Of a stretch of DNA of 64,000 nt, positions 48,633 to 60,493 are shown one piece after another (position 1 is the stretch's first letter; each line of letters opens with the position of its first letter). Below the pieces are notes generated by a model. The model made no database searches, was not told the DNA's origin, and saw nothing but the letters and a program-made list of their open reading frames with translations. Origin of the DNA: Harriotta raleighana. Lineage: Eukaryota. The translations under genes and the position numbers were made by a program. The stretch covers positions 1,801,053 to 1,865,052 of the forward strand of contig JBNZDD010013599.1 in the NCBI GenBank assembly GCA_050575255.1. The letters are read 5' to 3'.

Positions 48633-49940
48633 GACAAGTAAAGTAAAGATTACATGAGTTTACTGTCGGTTTCAAAGAAATTAACATATGCTGTGACAAA
48701 AAGCAGATGCAGAACAAATGCAATTTAAAATAAAAACATTTTTGGGGGGGAATGTGCATGTGCAATGCTGGTATCTTCAATTTCTGCACTAGCCAAACTA
48801 AAATAGGAAAATTGGCAGCAATGATTCAGCTCGGAAGTGAGCGAGATATAGATCAGCTCCACATTAACATGCAGGCAATTGGGGATGTTGAATTTCATTC
48901 TCCTTTTCTTTTTTTTAACCCCCACCCCTTAATGAGGTTGGATATCTCGTGATTAAGATAATTAAAACGCTTACCGGGGACTAAAATTGGTGACATCTGA
49001 AACAGATACAATAAGATGTTTATCTTAAGAACGCTAACACACTTCCCAAGGGACAGGGGACACCATTTCATTAGATGTATTTCATCGCTTTATGTAGGGG
49101 AGGGAAAATCATTTATACATATGCTCATATAGGATGGTATTATGATTGCCCCAAGGTATTTAAATCCCCTGCCTGACCATCTGAATTTAGCAGGCCCATC
49201 GGACAACATCGACTACAGTTAATACAGGTTCCTGCCTTCTGAGTTTTCCATATCTATTTTGGAGAGTACAGTGGGATCCGAACTGTTTAATGGCTTCAAA
49301 CACTTTAGCAGAGCACTCACTGGCTTGGCTATATATCTTGTACACAAAGCGAGATTCTCTGCTCTTTCCCCGGCCACAAATATATTCCTTTGATGTTTTG
49401 GTCGGAGGTGGGGGGGTGGGGGGAGGGTGGGGGGGTGGGGGGAAGCAGGAACCACCTCAGGCGGGAACGACTGCGGGCAATAATGGGGAGGGAAGGAAAT
49501 CAGGCATTCCTGGTGAATCCCTCAGTGCAACATCAAATCTGGCGAGCGCACACCATTAGCAGTCGCCCCAGGGTTATTGTTCAATGCCTAAACCTCCTGA
49601 ATTAAACAATTTCAGCTCTCCGGAATGTTGATTAGGAAGCATTATTTCTCCTTATCAAAAAGGCAGCGCGAGCTGTGATATTCCACCTAGTTTTGGTTTC
49701 ATGCCGCCTGCATGTCCCCTCAGAGCGTATTCCGTGCTTTGATCAGAGCTGTCTGCCGGACACCTGTTGAGACCTCTGCTCATGGGATTTATTAGTAATG
49801 TAATATTATTCTGTAATGGCAGCATATCATACCAGTGTGGCAGTGATGTGTGCTGACTTAATTTAGACGATAGCTAAAGTGTTATAATTGATTTAGGTGA
49901 GGAGGAAAAAAATAACCATTCAGGACGCCTGCTTCCTATC

Positions 49941-50320
49941 CTCCTGTAGCTCAGTGGTTAGAGCACTCCGGTGGCAAGCGAGAGATCTGGGTTCGATTCC
50001 TGGCAGGGCGAAACGTTGGGCAAGTTTCCTCGCTCCACATGGCCTGTTTAACTCGCAGTAATGAGGAACCTTAGTTTGTTAGTCGATTGGCGGATCACTT
50101 TCCTGGGGATGGGAATCCTTCAGGAAAACAAGAAGAAGAATTCAGTCACTCAATCCACGACTGCCTGTGGGACGCTGCTGTGCACAATTGGCCGCCGCGT
50201 TTCGCCCACANCTACACAGTCGATGCACTTTACAGTACATGCTGTGAGACGCTTCGAGACGTCCAGAAGATGTGAAAAGCGCTGCATCGAGTCTATAGCA
50301 AGTGATATTGATATTCATAT
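49941..50320 (+). mobile_element. tRNA-derived SINE, long-form variant with intact A and B boxes
   Basis: tagctcagtgg (49947-49957), ggttcgattcc (49990-50000), extra internal segment at about 50045-50110, core gtgggacgctgctgtgcacaattggccgccgcgtttcgcccac. Confidence 0.93.
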
Positions 50321-50844
50321 TATCCAGGACTGGACACCCTGGCATCCGGGCAAGCAAATTGGAGGCTGAGTGATGTTCCAGAGAGGGTTGTTTGGGGATA
50401 CAGCCTGCATGGATTTTCCATTCGCAAACCTTTCTGCATGTTAAGATTCCACTGTCGAGGCTCGCACAAGATGAAAGGATACTTCGGCAGGGAACACACG
50501 AACGAACATTCAAGCTCACATTTGAATCACTGTCTCTGTTAGAGGAGGACGAGGGGAAATTAAATGCCAAAGAAACAAGGTGCTGACTGCGGCTGGAGTT
50601 TTGCTGCTTCTCTCTGTATTTAGAGCTCAGTAGGCCATAGCTCTTAGCCCGACTCACAGAGAACGCAGCAGAAATCTGAAACGTGTGACTTGGGCTCTGA
50701 TATTAAAAAAAAAACGTTGATCTCTTTCCAATAGCAATCAAAGCATTTATTGTAATACTCCAGTATGATTTATCGGCTGGGGTTCAAGAAATGCAGGAAT
50801 TAAAAGCGATGAGAATAAATAACTCTTGTTAACTTTCTATTGCC

Positions 50845-51380
50845 ACCATTTCTCCCTCCTTGTCCTCCTTGATTTCCCCCTTGTCCTCCTTTCTCCGCCC
50901 TTTCTCCGTCCTTTTTCCTCCCTGATTCTACCCCACCCGCTTTTTCCTCCGTCTCCCCCCTTGTCCCTTTTTCCCCCTTTCTCCCCTGGCCCCATTTCCG
51001 TGTATGTTTGTGGGACGCTGCTGTGCGCAATTTGGCTGCCGCGTTTCTCCCCAGATATACACCTGGTTTTCCTTCTCTCTTCCTCCTACCCCAACCCCTC
51101 CCCTTGCCCTCTTTCCCCCTTTCATCCCTGGCCCCCTCGCTTCCATGGCTGTTTGTGGGGACGCTGCTGTGCGCAATTTGGCTGCCGCGTTTCGCCCACA
51201 AATATACAGTCAATTATTTTCCTGCTTTTCTTCCCCCGACCCCTCCCCCCACTTGACTGTACAGCGCCTTGGGACGTCCTCCTGACGTGAAAGGCGCTAT
51301 ATAAATACAATAAATAAAAATAAATAAAAAAAAAATATATAAATATAATAAATAAATAAAATAAATAAATAAATAAATAT
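50845..51380 (+). mobile_element. L2-type 3' end carrying two Deu-like core modules, A-rich tail
   Basis: Pyrimidine-rich spacers, two copies of gtttgtggg(g)acgctgctgtgcgcaatttggctgccgcgtttc, then ttgactgtacagcgccttgggacgtcctcctgacgtgaaaggcgctatataaat and (aaat)n. Confidence 0.85.
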
Positions 51381-51987
51381 TTCTATCTCAAACATTGGAC
51401 GGGGGGATTCACAAGAGCTCTTTGCTCTTGAGCAGAATGCTCAGCGTTGTGACGCTGGAGCTCCAATGCTAAACTTTCCTTTCAGCGTGGATGACAGCAG
51501 CAGAATTGTCTTTCACTGTACGGGCAACCTAGAAAAAAAAAAGCCCGGATTACCGAGTGTTAAGTGTTTGGATTACAACAGAAGATTAACGAACTTCGGA
51601 CAAAGTGTTCGTGAGGTCCCCAAAACGTTGAACAGCACATTTTTTACGCGAAATATCCAGTGGGCACCACAAGTAAGCGACGAGCAATTATAATGTGGGA
51701 AATCCCATTAGTGTCCGACACCAGCAAAGGCCCTGCACGTAATCCTTCCAGAATTTCAGACCGAGAGAGAAAATTCAGCTGCCCGAAGAAGTTGTCCTTC
51801 TCCAAGGGTCCAAACACCAAGGGTCTGATAATATGGCGAGCTCTGGTGGTAATTCTTCATAACTATGTCACAACAATTTGCAGACACCCTTATACTGATG
51901 CGGTCTACTTTTATTACTGGGCGGACTGGGTCCGCATTAAAAACTGATTCCTTGAATGTTCTCCCTTATAGGACACTAGAACTTTTA

Positions 51988-52043
51988 ACGACAACAACAT
52001 GCATTTATATAGCACCCTTCACTTGGGGCAGTATCTCGGAGCG
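51988..52043 (-). mobile_element. L2/SINE tail remnant
   Basis: acaacaacatgcatttatatagcacccttcac..tctcggagcg. Confidence 0.5.
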
Positions 52044-54844
52044 GTGAGAGGGTTTTAACGGTTATTTGGAAACAGAGCTGGAATCACTTTGTATTCCTCC
52101 AAAGTTTATATTGCAACAGGGCGATTAGAAGTTCCAGTTTCCTAAAATAGCCATTTGCTTTTCGTCACTAAAATACTTCAATAGATTCCATCCCCATCAA
52201 CGAACGAACTAAACTTTGGACAAACATCTAAACGATGACCGTTACAATAAATCGCTGCCTCACCTGAACCAATGCTCAGGCGGGTGTGGTGTTTGCATGG
52301 GCTGAAGAGCTTGAAATAAAAGAGTTAGGTTTTCTGTCCTCGGATTGGATTCACCCCCACCCCCCCACCCCACAGATTTGTGGCTGTTCAGGGCAATTAG
52401 ATTCCTGTGTAGTGTTTTGATGTNACCCCCCCAAAGATTTGTGGCTGTTCAGGGCAATTAGATTCCTGTGTAGTGTTTTGATGTGCAGTTTGCTAAACTG
52501 TTGTCACAGGGACATGGGAACGCCTGTGTATCATTCAGCAAGCTTCAAATAGTTTCGAACACGAATCGTCTCAGTGTATCATGATATACTGCTGACGACA
52601 TGATTTCTCAAATGCTTCCCACATCTCCTACAGTCTCTTCGCATTTTTGTCTCTTCAAAAAATGGGAAATCGTATATGTTTTAGTACAATTGGCAGCTCA
52701 GGTCTTACACCATTACATCGCACTGTAGACTTGTGGCCGGATGATCACAGCAGCAATAAATTTACAGTAAGTACACAACTCAGCCTTGCCTCTTCTTACA
52801 TGCACTCAGGAAGTCATCTCAATCTTATTGTACTTTGCACTGGCCGCAGTGATCTGCAGTTTTCACTGAGTTTTGCCCTTTATTCACGTAGCTTTGTCCA
52901 AAAACCCCAGGGTGACCTGGGGTACATCACTAGTTATTTTCGACAGATTTTAAAAGAGATGACTGTGCTTGCCAACAATCTGCGACAATCGCGGGTTTCA
53001 AAATGCCTCAAAATGCTAATTATTGTTATTATTAATCCAGCTTGTTGATTAGCTGCCTGAGTGAAGAAATGCTTCCTTGGCAACTACTCTAGGCCTACTC
53101 TAGACCCACACAATCATAAGCCTCTTTCCTACTGTTTCAGGATACAAAATCGTGCCTTACATTCAACGCTGTGTGTCCCATTCATCAAATGACGTATTGC
53201 TAAAGTTCCACAATCACAATGAGTTTAGCACCTGGACTTCTTATTCTATTGACTTATGCAGTGTAACTTGGCTCTGTACAGTTACAATCATTCCAAACAC
53301 ATTGCGACATCAAAGAGCGGCTTTCATCTCATCCGTCTGGACTGAACTCGAATCGCTTGCTCCCCCAAAATGTTCAGTTTCTGCTTCTTTTGCTAACTGA
53401 GTAATCGCTGCACCCCCTTCTTCGGGCTGTAGACATCAGCCGTGAAAGTCAGAATGTATCTGGTGGGAGATTTATTTCACGACTGTGCCACCAAAATACA
53501 CAGAGGTGACGGGAGTCACAAGTGTCGGAGGGAGTTTGAAATTGTGGCCCAAAGCTTTCAGGGGTGTCCCACGATACATTTTTTAGAAGCTGATGAGTCA
53601 GCGCTGTTGAAGGCAATGGGCAGGCTTTTCTGAAGTGAATTTGTCTAGTTCAGCTTCAAAGGGTTGAATTCCGATACTGCTACACCCTTGTTAAAATATC
53701 AAAAGGCTGAGCTTTCCTTAAAAAACATCAGGAGACTAACACACAGCCCGAGCCCCAGAGTAACTGAAGCTTTGAATACGGAATATTCTATTTGCTTGAA
53801 GAGCCACTCACTTCATGAGTTTCACGTCAGATCTCAGCTGATTGTCAGCAGTGCGTGCTACACTCAAGCTATGCCTATATAGGTACCAGATACTTGGCAA
53901 TTAGAAACTGTTCATCTAGTCAGCGTTGCTTAATAAATTAACTTGATAAAGACTTAAATAGCTGTGATTCAGGCTGCACTTGCAGCACGCTTTATTGTAA
54001 ATCACTTGAAATCTAGATTTGAAGGATATCTCAATGCGAATAAAGGTCCTGAATTATTCAATCCTCCAGATTGTTTCCCCCCCCCCCCCCAAACCCATAT
54101 TTTGCCCCTGTTAGCGTTCCCAGCCCTCTAGTCTCCCACCTTTGCTGCTATTAACCTCCTACTGATATCACTGAGCAGGTTCGCAGACTCCCCCCGGCAG
54201 CTCGGGAGCAGCCTGGCTGAGCTGGTTCCTCATCTGTATGGCAGACAGCTCGCCTCCCAACAATTGAGGGAACACCAACTACACTGACGTTCAGCTCAGT
54301 TTGAAGGTGGGAAAGATCGAAGAAAAACAAGGACTGAAAAGTTGATGCTTTCAAAATTAACAGATCAAATCAGAATGAATCAAATAGGAAACAACAGATA
54401 GAAATACAATGCAATAATACTCCTTGCATTTGATGTCCACAATGCGAATAGAATACATATTACAGTTCATCTACACACTAAATACTGGCCTACTCTGCAG
54501 GCAATATTTCTGAATAGTCGTTATTTTGAAGGATACCATTTAAACAGGGAGAAAATAATGGACTTCAAATGCACACGTTGAAGTTGGGTAGTCAATTACT
54601 TCACACATAACAGGGCGAGATAAACACGCAACGTTCTTCCACTCCAGGGTCCGATGCAGTGGCAAGGAAAAATAGGCAAGGAATGTTCCCCTAGAGCCCC
54701 CAGCTTTAGGTGTATGTGTGGAACATTTTCAAGCGTATTATGTGGAGAGGTGGTGTGGAGTGCGACAGCAAGACAGATGGAGCAGGTGGTATGAAGGAGG
54801 GCACAGATTAATGGGAAGAGAGCTGGAGCAGGAAGTATGATGCA

Positions 54845-55168
54845 CAAATTACAACAACAAATTACATTTGTATGGGGTCTTTCACGTCGCAGGACACACA
54901 CACTCGCACGCGCGCACGCACGCACGATCCAAGGCATTGGACAGTTAGGGGTTTTGACCCGAGCAGAGGATTTGTATAAGGGGTGGTGGAGGGTAGGGAG
55001 AGTGGGGGCACGAAGGTGGCCAAATGTGCGTTCGAAGAGGGGAGTCTTGAGATGTGTTTTGAAGGAGGCAAGGGAGGAAGCAAGCTGATGGGACTGTGGG
55101 ATGGAATTCCAAAGGGTGGGGGGGGGGGGGCAGAGAGGCTGAAGTCTCGACCGCCGATGGAGGGTTGA
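54845..55168 (-). mobile_element. 5'-truncated L2 3' end
   Basis: Minus-strand peptide PTLWNSIPQSHQLASSLASFKTHLKTPLFERTF (L2 ORF2 C-terminus); colinear with 5165-5460. Confidence 0.9.
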
Positions 55169-56255
55169 TGAGAAGATCGTGTCGCTCACTCATGTCCCAT
55201 CGCTCTCCCCCGTTGGGAGGGAAACATGGCTTGGCTACTGGTCCCACGCGGGCGTTTCAGTTTCAGGATAAACCGAATAGCTTTCTTTCCTACGTGTCAA
55301 ATGGACGTAAATTGTTTGGAAAAACTAATCTGCGCAAGGCCAGAGTTCAGAGGCTGTGACTGAGATGCACTTTCAGCATTACGGTATTCCTTAGTTTATT
55401 CATTTGAACGTATCGCCCATTTCACCTTAAAATTGCTCCTTTTAATAATGCCTCACATAATTATTATTGCACTCCATCTCGGATCTATCTGATGACGTCA
55501 TTTCTGTGCTGCTTCACCCAAACCATAAAAGGAAATATAAAATTTTGTCCGCTTTTTATTAGCTGATCTCAATAGTGCAATAAATATAATCAAACGGAAT
55601 GTGCCTCCAGGCAGATAGAGCTCTTCCGAACACAATCCCAGGCTGCCCTCGGGAGGGAATTAACACACTCTTCACCTTTTAAAAGCACTACAGCGTGTCC
55701 AAACCCTGTCTCAACTCTATGTGCTTAGGGGAAGAGAATCGTTCACAAACCGAGCCTTTGTTGGCAGGGATAATGTGGATGAAGTCTTTCTTTTTTACCG
55801 TTCCGTTTCATTGCAACTTACAACTTTAAACAGAAGATACTCTAGTTATTTATTCCTGGTCAGCCGGGTGCCCTCACACTCACTGGAACCCTTTTGCTAT
55901 ACTTAAGTGCAGCAAACCCAGATATGCATTGAGGTTTCCTCTCTGTTATACCCAAGGCTGGCACATACTTCAATTCTCCCTATTCACACCACGGACCAGA
56001 TTCCACCGCGCAAGCTACAGGAGGGAAAGCAATCAGACATGAACACAGCAAATTCCTCGGAGCTAGAACTCTTCCTGATCTCTATGGAGGGTTTGTGAGA
56101 GCCAGCTGGTTTAACACGCCATAGCTAGGAGGCAGGCTGGTAGCTGAGATGCCTATAGTCAGAAAGCAATGAAATGTGATGCAACTGGAGAAAGCAAGAC
56201 ACAGGCCTCTCATTTTCTGGTTGTGGTTCAGATAAAATTGGTCCTTGACTTGAAT

Positions 56256-56345
56256 ACTGTTTGTGGGACATAGCTGTGCACAAATTCGTTCTCGTATTCA
56301 CTTACAAAATATTTTGTTTCACAGCAAAATCCTGTGAAACTGCCT
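56256..56345 (+). mobile_element. SINE core fragment, degenerate
   Basis: actgtttgtgggacatagctgtgcacaaatt..acaaaata..cctgtgaaac. Confidence 0.55.
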
Positions 56346-58743
56346 TGGCAGAGATGATCCTTGCATTTGATCCTTGCACCTATAATTCCTCAATCATCTC
56401 AAATCACTTCAACTTTTAATATTTCAGATTGCTTCAAAACCAATACAGTACTACATTCCTGCATAATATATTTTTATTTATTTGTTTTTATTTATATATT
56501 ATATTTCCATATATGTGCACTTATATTAAAGCTGTCTGGGGAAAAGGAATTCAAAGTGAATCCGACACAGGCCCACAAACAAAAATCATGGTTAACAACA
56601 CCCAGTAGGGAAATGCCAAAGAAAATAAAAAGCCATTTAAAATCTCAGTTGCTTTCAACATTTTATCTGGGTTTTCAATCAACAGACTTTCTGCGGGTAC
56701 AAAAAAAGTGGTTCGTGTGAATAGGAAAGCTTCAAACAATTCTTATCTCAACATCTAGAGTGGATTTCGCAATTTTTACTCTGCAGTTGGCGAAAAAAGT
56801 GTAATTAGGGATAGATATTCGGCTGCATTGCTCATCAAGAAACACTGCTAATGAATGACTGTACTCAAGAGAAGCGTAGAATTATGAGGGATACAGCAGA
56901 CCAAATAAAGGTGCATCTGACACGATAAACCACGACAAGGCTTTTTGTCCTGTAAAGTCACCAATGAAAAGAACCGCCCTCAGTTCCCATTTCGTTTTCT
57001 TGTTTTGTATTGAAGCAGAACAAAGTTCAACGAGTTGATGGAAGCGTTGACAAGAGTAATCCGTGAAGGGTGTCTTCGTTTCGCTCAGATACCAGCCCCA
57101 CCCTCACATTTTCAGAACCCCATATCAGGCCGGGAAGCTAACTCTCCAGGGTAGTCTCGGAGCCATTCTGCATCTCAGGCCTCGCAGAGCAGGAAAACTC
57201 TACGTCGTGATTCTATTCTAAGAGTTCTGGAGCGTTAACGTCACCCTTAAACGGGGGATTGTGCATTTTTCTTCCACGGGGAAGGGCGACCCACGCAGGA
57301 AAATTAATAGAGCCTTGTAAGATAGAGTACAAGGCTATAATTGAATCTCTCTGCATTGATGCCACGAACCACAACAACGAAGCTTGAGTGGGTTTCAATG
57401 TCATCAGAGCTAGTCACTGCACCGTACCTGACATTGCCAGTAATGTCTGCATTACTGATAATGTCTACATTACTCAAGCTGAATTGAGTTTCACTTTAGG
57501 GGCTGCGGATTGTTGTGACGGTGGCGTTCTTCAGCCGTTGAGAAGGGAAGTTTGGGAATGAGGTATTTGAGCGGGTTGTGAGGTTATGATTGATAGCACA
57601 CCCAACGATGCACATCATCAGGTGTCTAGTATGGCAGCAAGGTCAATTTTTTTGATGACATTAGATCATAGGAAAATATATGTGGTGGCAAGTCCTATTT
57701 TAGTGTTGCGATACTCACCACTTTCTTTAAAACAAGCTGCACTCAGCTTGTGACACAGACATATCATATACTTGTATATCAGGATTTAGTATTAATGCCC
57801 CTGTCTGTTTAAAGCCTTGTTCCACTGGCTTCATTGACTGCAAAATAGACCATTTCTCAGCAAAATGCTTGAGTGTGTCGCCTTACCTCATTTGTGGCAA
57901 TATCAACCAGATGCGTTACAAACAGAAACACCCTAAGCTTCTCAAGTAATAACGGGAAAGTACTTTATCGCCCCCGGGATGAATAGTGATGCTTTAAATC
58001 CTAATCCACCAGGATTTACGAGTAAAACTTGTTGAGGTTTCTTTTGTTTTTATACATAAAAGAAAAGGAAATGAACTGACCCACATTCTGCATTGGTTGG
58101 TGCCAACTCGAGCACCGTGAATATTGTCGCAAATTTATCTTGACTCAAGGTATTAATAATTTATACTTCCAAGGCCTTCGAACCACCCAAAAACGAATAA
58201 TGGAATTTTAATCCACCCTACAGACTTTATATAATTGTGGTGTTTTGAATTCACATGCAGTCTCGAGCCCGGGGGACACTCTTTATGTTTCAGCGAGACT
58301 GATATACGTTGCTTTCGTACACAGGTAATTTCTTCGCTAGCCATGAAAAGGGGATTTGCATATTGTTTTATCCTGCCCACTCCCATCATGAATACAGATG
58401 ACCACAAACAGCTGATTCTTTCTCGTCGAAGGGACGTTAAACAGGACCCACGCAAGCGTCTCTGAAAAATTCAAATGAGGACAATCTCCATGGCGATGGG
58501 TCCTCGGTAACAATTAAGGTTGGTCCGCACAGATGGGACACTTTGTGACCCCCCACCGTCAGCAAAACCTTAATGGGTTATCGTGGAAAATTATTGATTG
58601 CGTCTCTTAATCTTTGCGATCGTCGCCTTTCCACCCTTCGAATGCACATTTGCTAATGTCTGTCGTGTGTTATGGTATTCATAATAAATCAGGCCAGAAA
58701 ATGTAGTACAGTAGGCCCAATTTATATATACATGTTCATAGTG

Positions 58744-58765
58744 TATATATATATATATATATATA
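58744..58765. repeat. (TA)n microsatellite
   Basis: tatatatatatatatatatata. Confidence 0.95.
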
Positions 58766-59271
58766 AAATGCAATTTAGTTAGAACGGATTAAGCTTTAGA
58801 TCAGTCTCCCTTTGAGAACAGCACCTAGACAGCAACACCATCTAACAGTTTACGGCCATTAATGTGGATTGGTTCCCATTCTGTAGTTCGGGAAATTTCC
58901 TGAGTTAAACTTTCACCTCACGTCGCCACAAAATACCCAGGCAGCAAATTAAATACTAACAGCGCAACGAACGAAAGGAAGGCAGCGTGCGTCTGTAAAG
59001 CCACAAAGGCTTTCCAGCACTCTGTGGGTTAACACGCTGAGCTTCCAGAAGCCATGCTCGATTAATCTACATGAAATTCAGATTTTATGTGAATTACAAA
59101 TAAGAACAGATTATTTACTTGAAAAGTAATGGTGATATTTTTATGCGGTGTGTCAATTCAATTTTAGCTCTCTGAGTGGGGGGGGTGTGTGGTGGAGGGG
59201 ATGTTATGCCCGTTTTTCAGTAGCCTGGGTAGGTGTGGGAGAGGGGGGTGGTGGGGGCGGGGGGGGCGAGA

Positions 59272-59325
59272 TAACAGCAACAATATTATAATAATTACAT
59301 GGCGCCTTTCACATTGGGAGGACAT
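59272..59325 (-). mobile_element. L2/SINE tail remnant
   Basis: ggcgcctttcacattgggaggacat. Confidence 0.5.
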
Positions 59326-60264
59326 TTAGATAAGGTTCAGATTTTGTAGCCATTCCATGTCGTCTTTGCATGATAACATGCTACACGCAAAAGCCTAATG
59401 GCTTGCATGTAGTGCGATTGTACGTAAGATTATATAAACTGTACAGTAGCAAAACAGGCCATTTAATCCATCTGGTCTGTACCCCACTGGAATTTTTTTT
59501 AATACAATGTTATACCCCACAAGTCTCCACCCATCTGAATCTCCTTTCCCTATACCCGCCCACCACCCCCGTGCTTCTCTATTCTCCCTCGTCTACGCCA
59601 GAGCTGTCCTATCCGGCCCACGGTGATGATTCCCAATCACATCGTCCGATGAGCAAACAGAAGAGGCTCGCAAGCCCCAAGCCCATCAGGAGATGATCGC
59701 TTTGGGCTCAGACCCTGCCTGACAATCAGGAGCTAAAAGCTCTGCTCGGGTGTGGGACTGGGCCATCAGGAAAAAAAAACATTGCTCAGGCAGCCCGAGG
59801 AAGTTTTTCTCAAACCTTGTATCTGCCTTTCAGCCGCAGAGAGGTTGGACCACCCTGATGTTTGCAGCTTAATGTCACCCGAGAATGTCTGAGCAGGAGG
59901 GAAAGAATCTGCTCAGACAGGAGTTGTTTATATTTTGTGACGCAAGAAGAAGAAACGTTTGGCTGCGAGCAATACAGGTTTCACACCTTTCGCCTTCGCA
60001 CTGAAGTTTTCTGAAAGCACAAGAGAACGGGAGAGAAGAAGACTTTACAAATCTGATCCTACAGTAGGCAATCTATGAAATACTGTCGTTCTTTCTACTA
60101 AATTATCAGTGTCAGTGACATCAGCTAAGGCCATACTCTATTATCTGAGCGTTCACAAAAATCTATTCTGATTTCATAATATATTACATTTTGCTCCCAA
60201 TGACTCAATTGACATTACTTGATCATGGACCTGAGCGATAAAGTACCAGAAAACTCCCATGTTT

Positions 60265-60493
60265 TATCTCTTGCCCTCTTCCCCCCCCCTTTCTCCCCTA
60301 ACCCCACTTCCATGACTGTTTGTGGGACCCTGCCGTGTGCAATTTGGCTGCCGCGTTTTCGCCCACAAATATACAGTCAATTTTACCTGCTTTCCTTCCC
60401 CCGACCCCTCCCCGCCCCTGCTCTGAACCCTCCTTGACTGGACAGCACCTTGGGACGTCCTCCAGACGTGAAAGGAGCGATATGAATGTAATT
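60265..60493 (+). mobile_element. L2-type 3' end carrying one Deu-like core module
   Basis: ttccatgactgtttgtgggaccctgccgtgtgcaatttggctgccgcgttttcgcccacaaatatacagtcaatt..ccccgacccctccccgcccctgctc..ttgactggacagcaccttgggacgtcctccagacgtgaaagg. Confidence 0.85.

Noticed and set aside
52365-52485. Direct repeat of about 50 bp
   Set aside because: N at 52424
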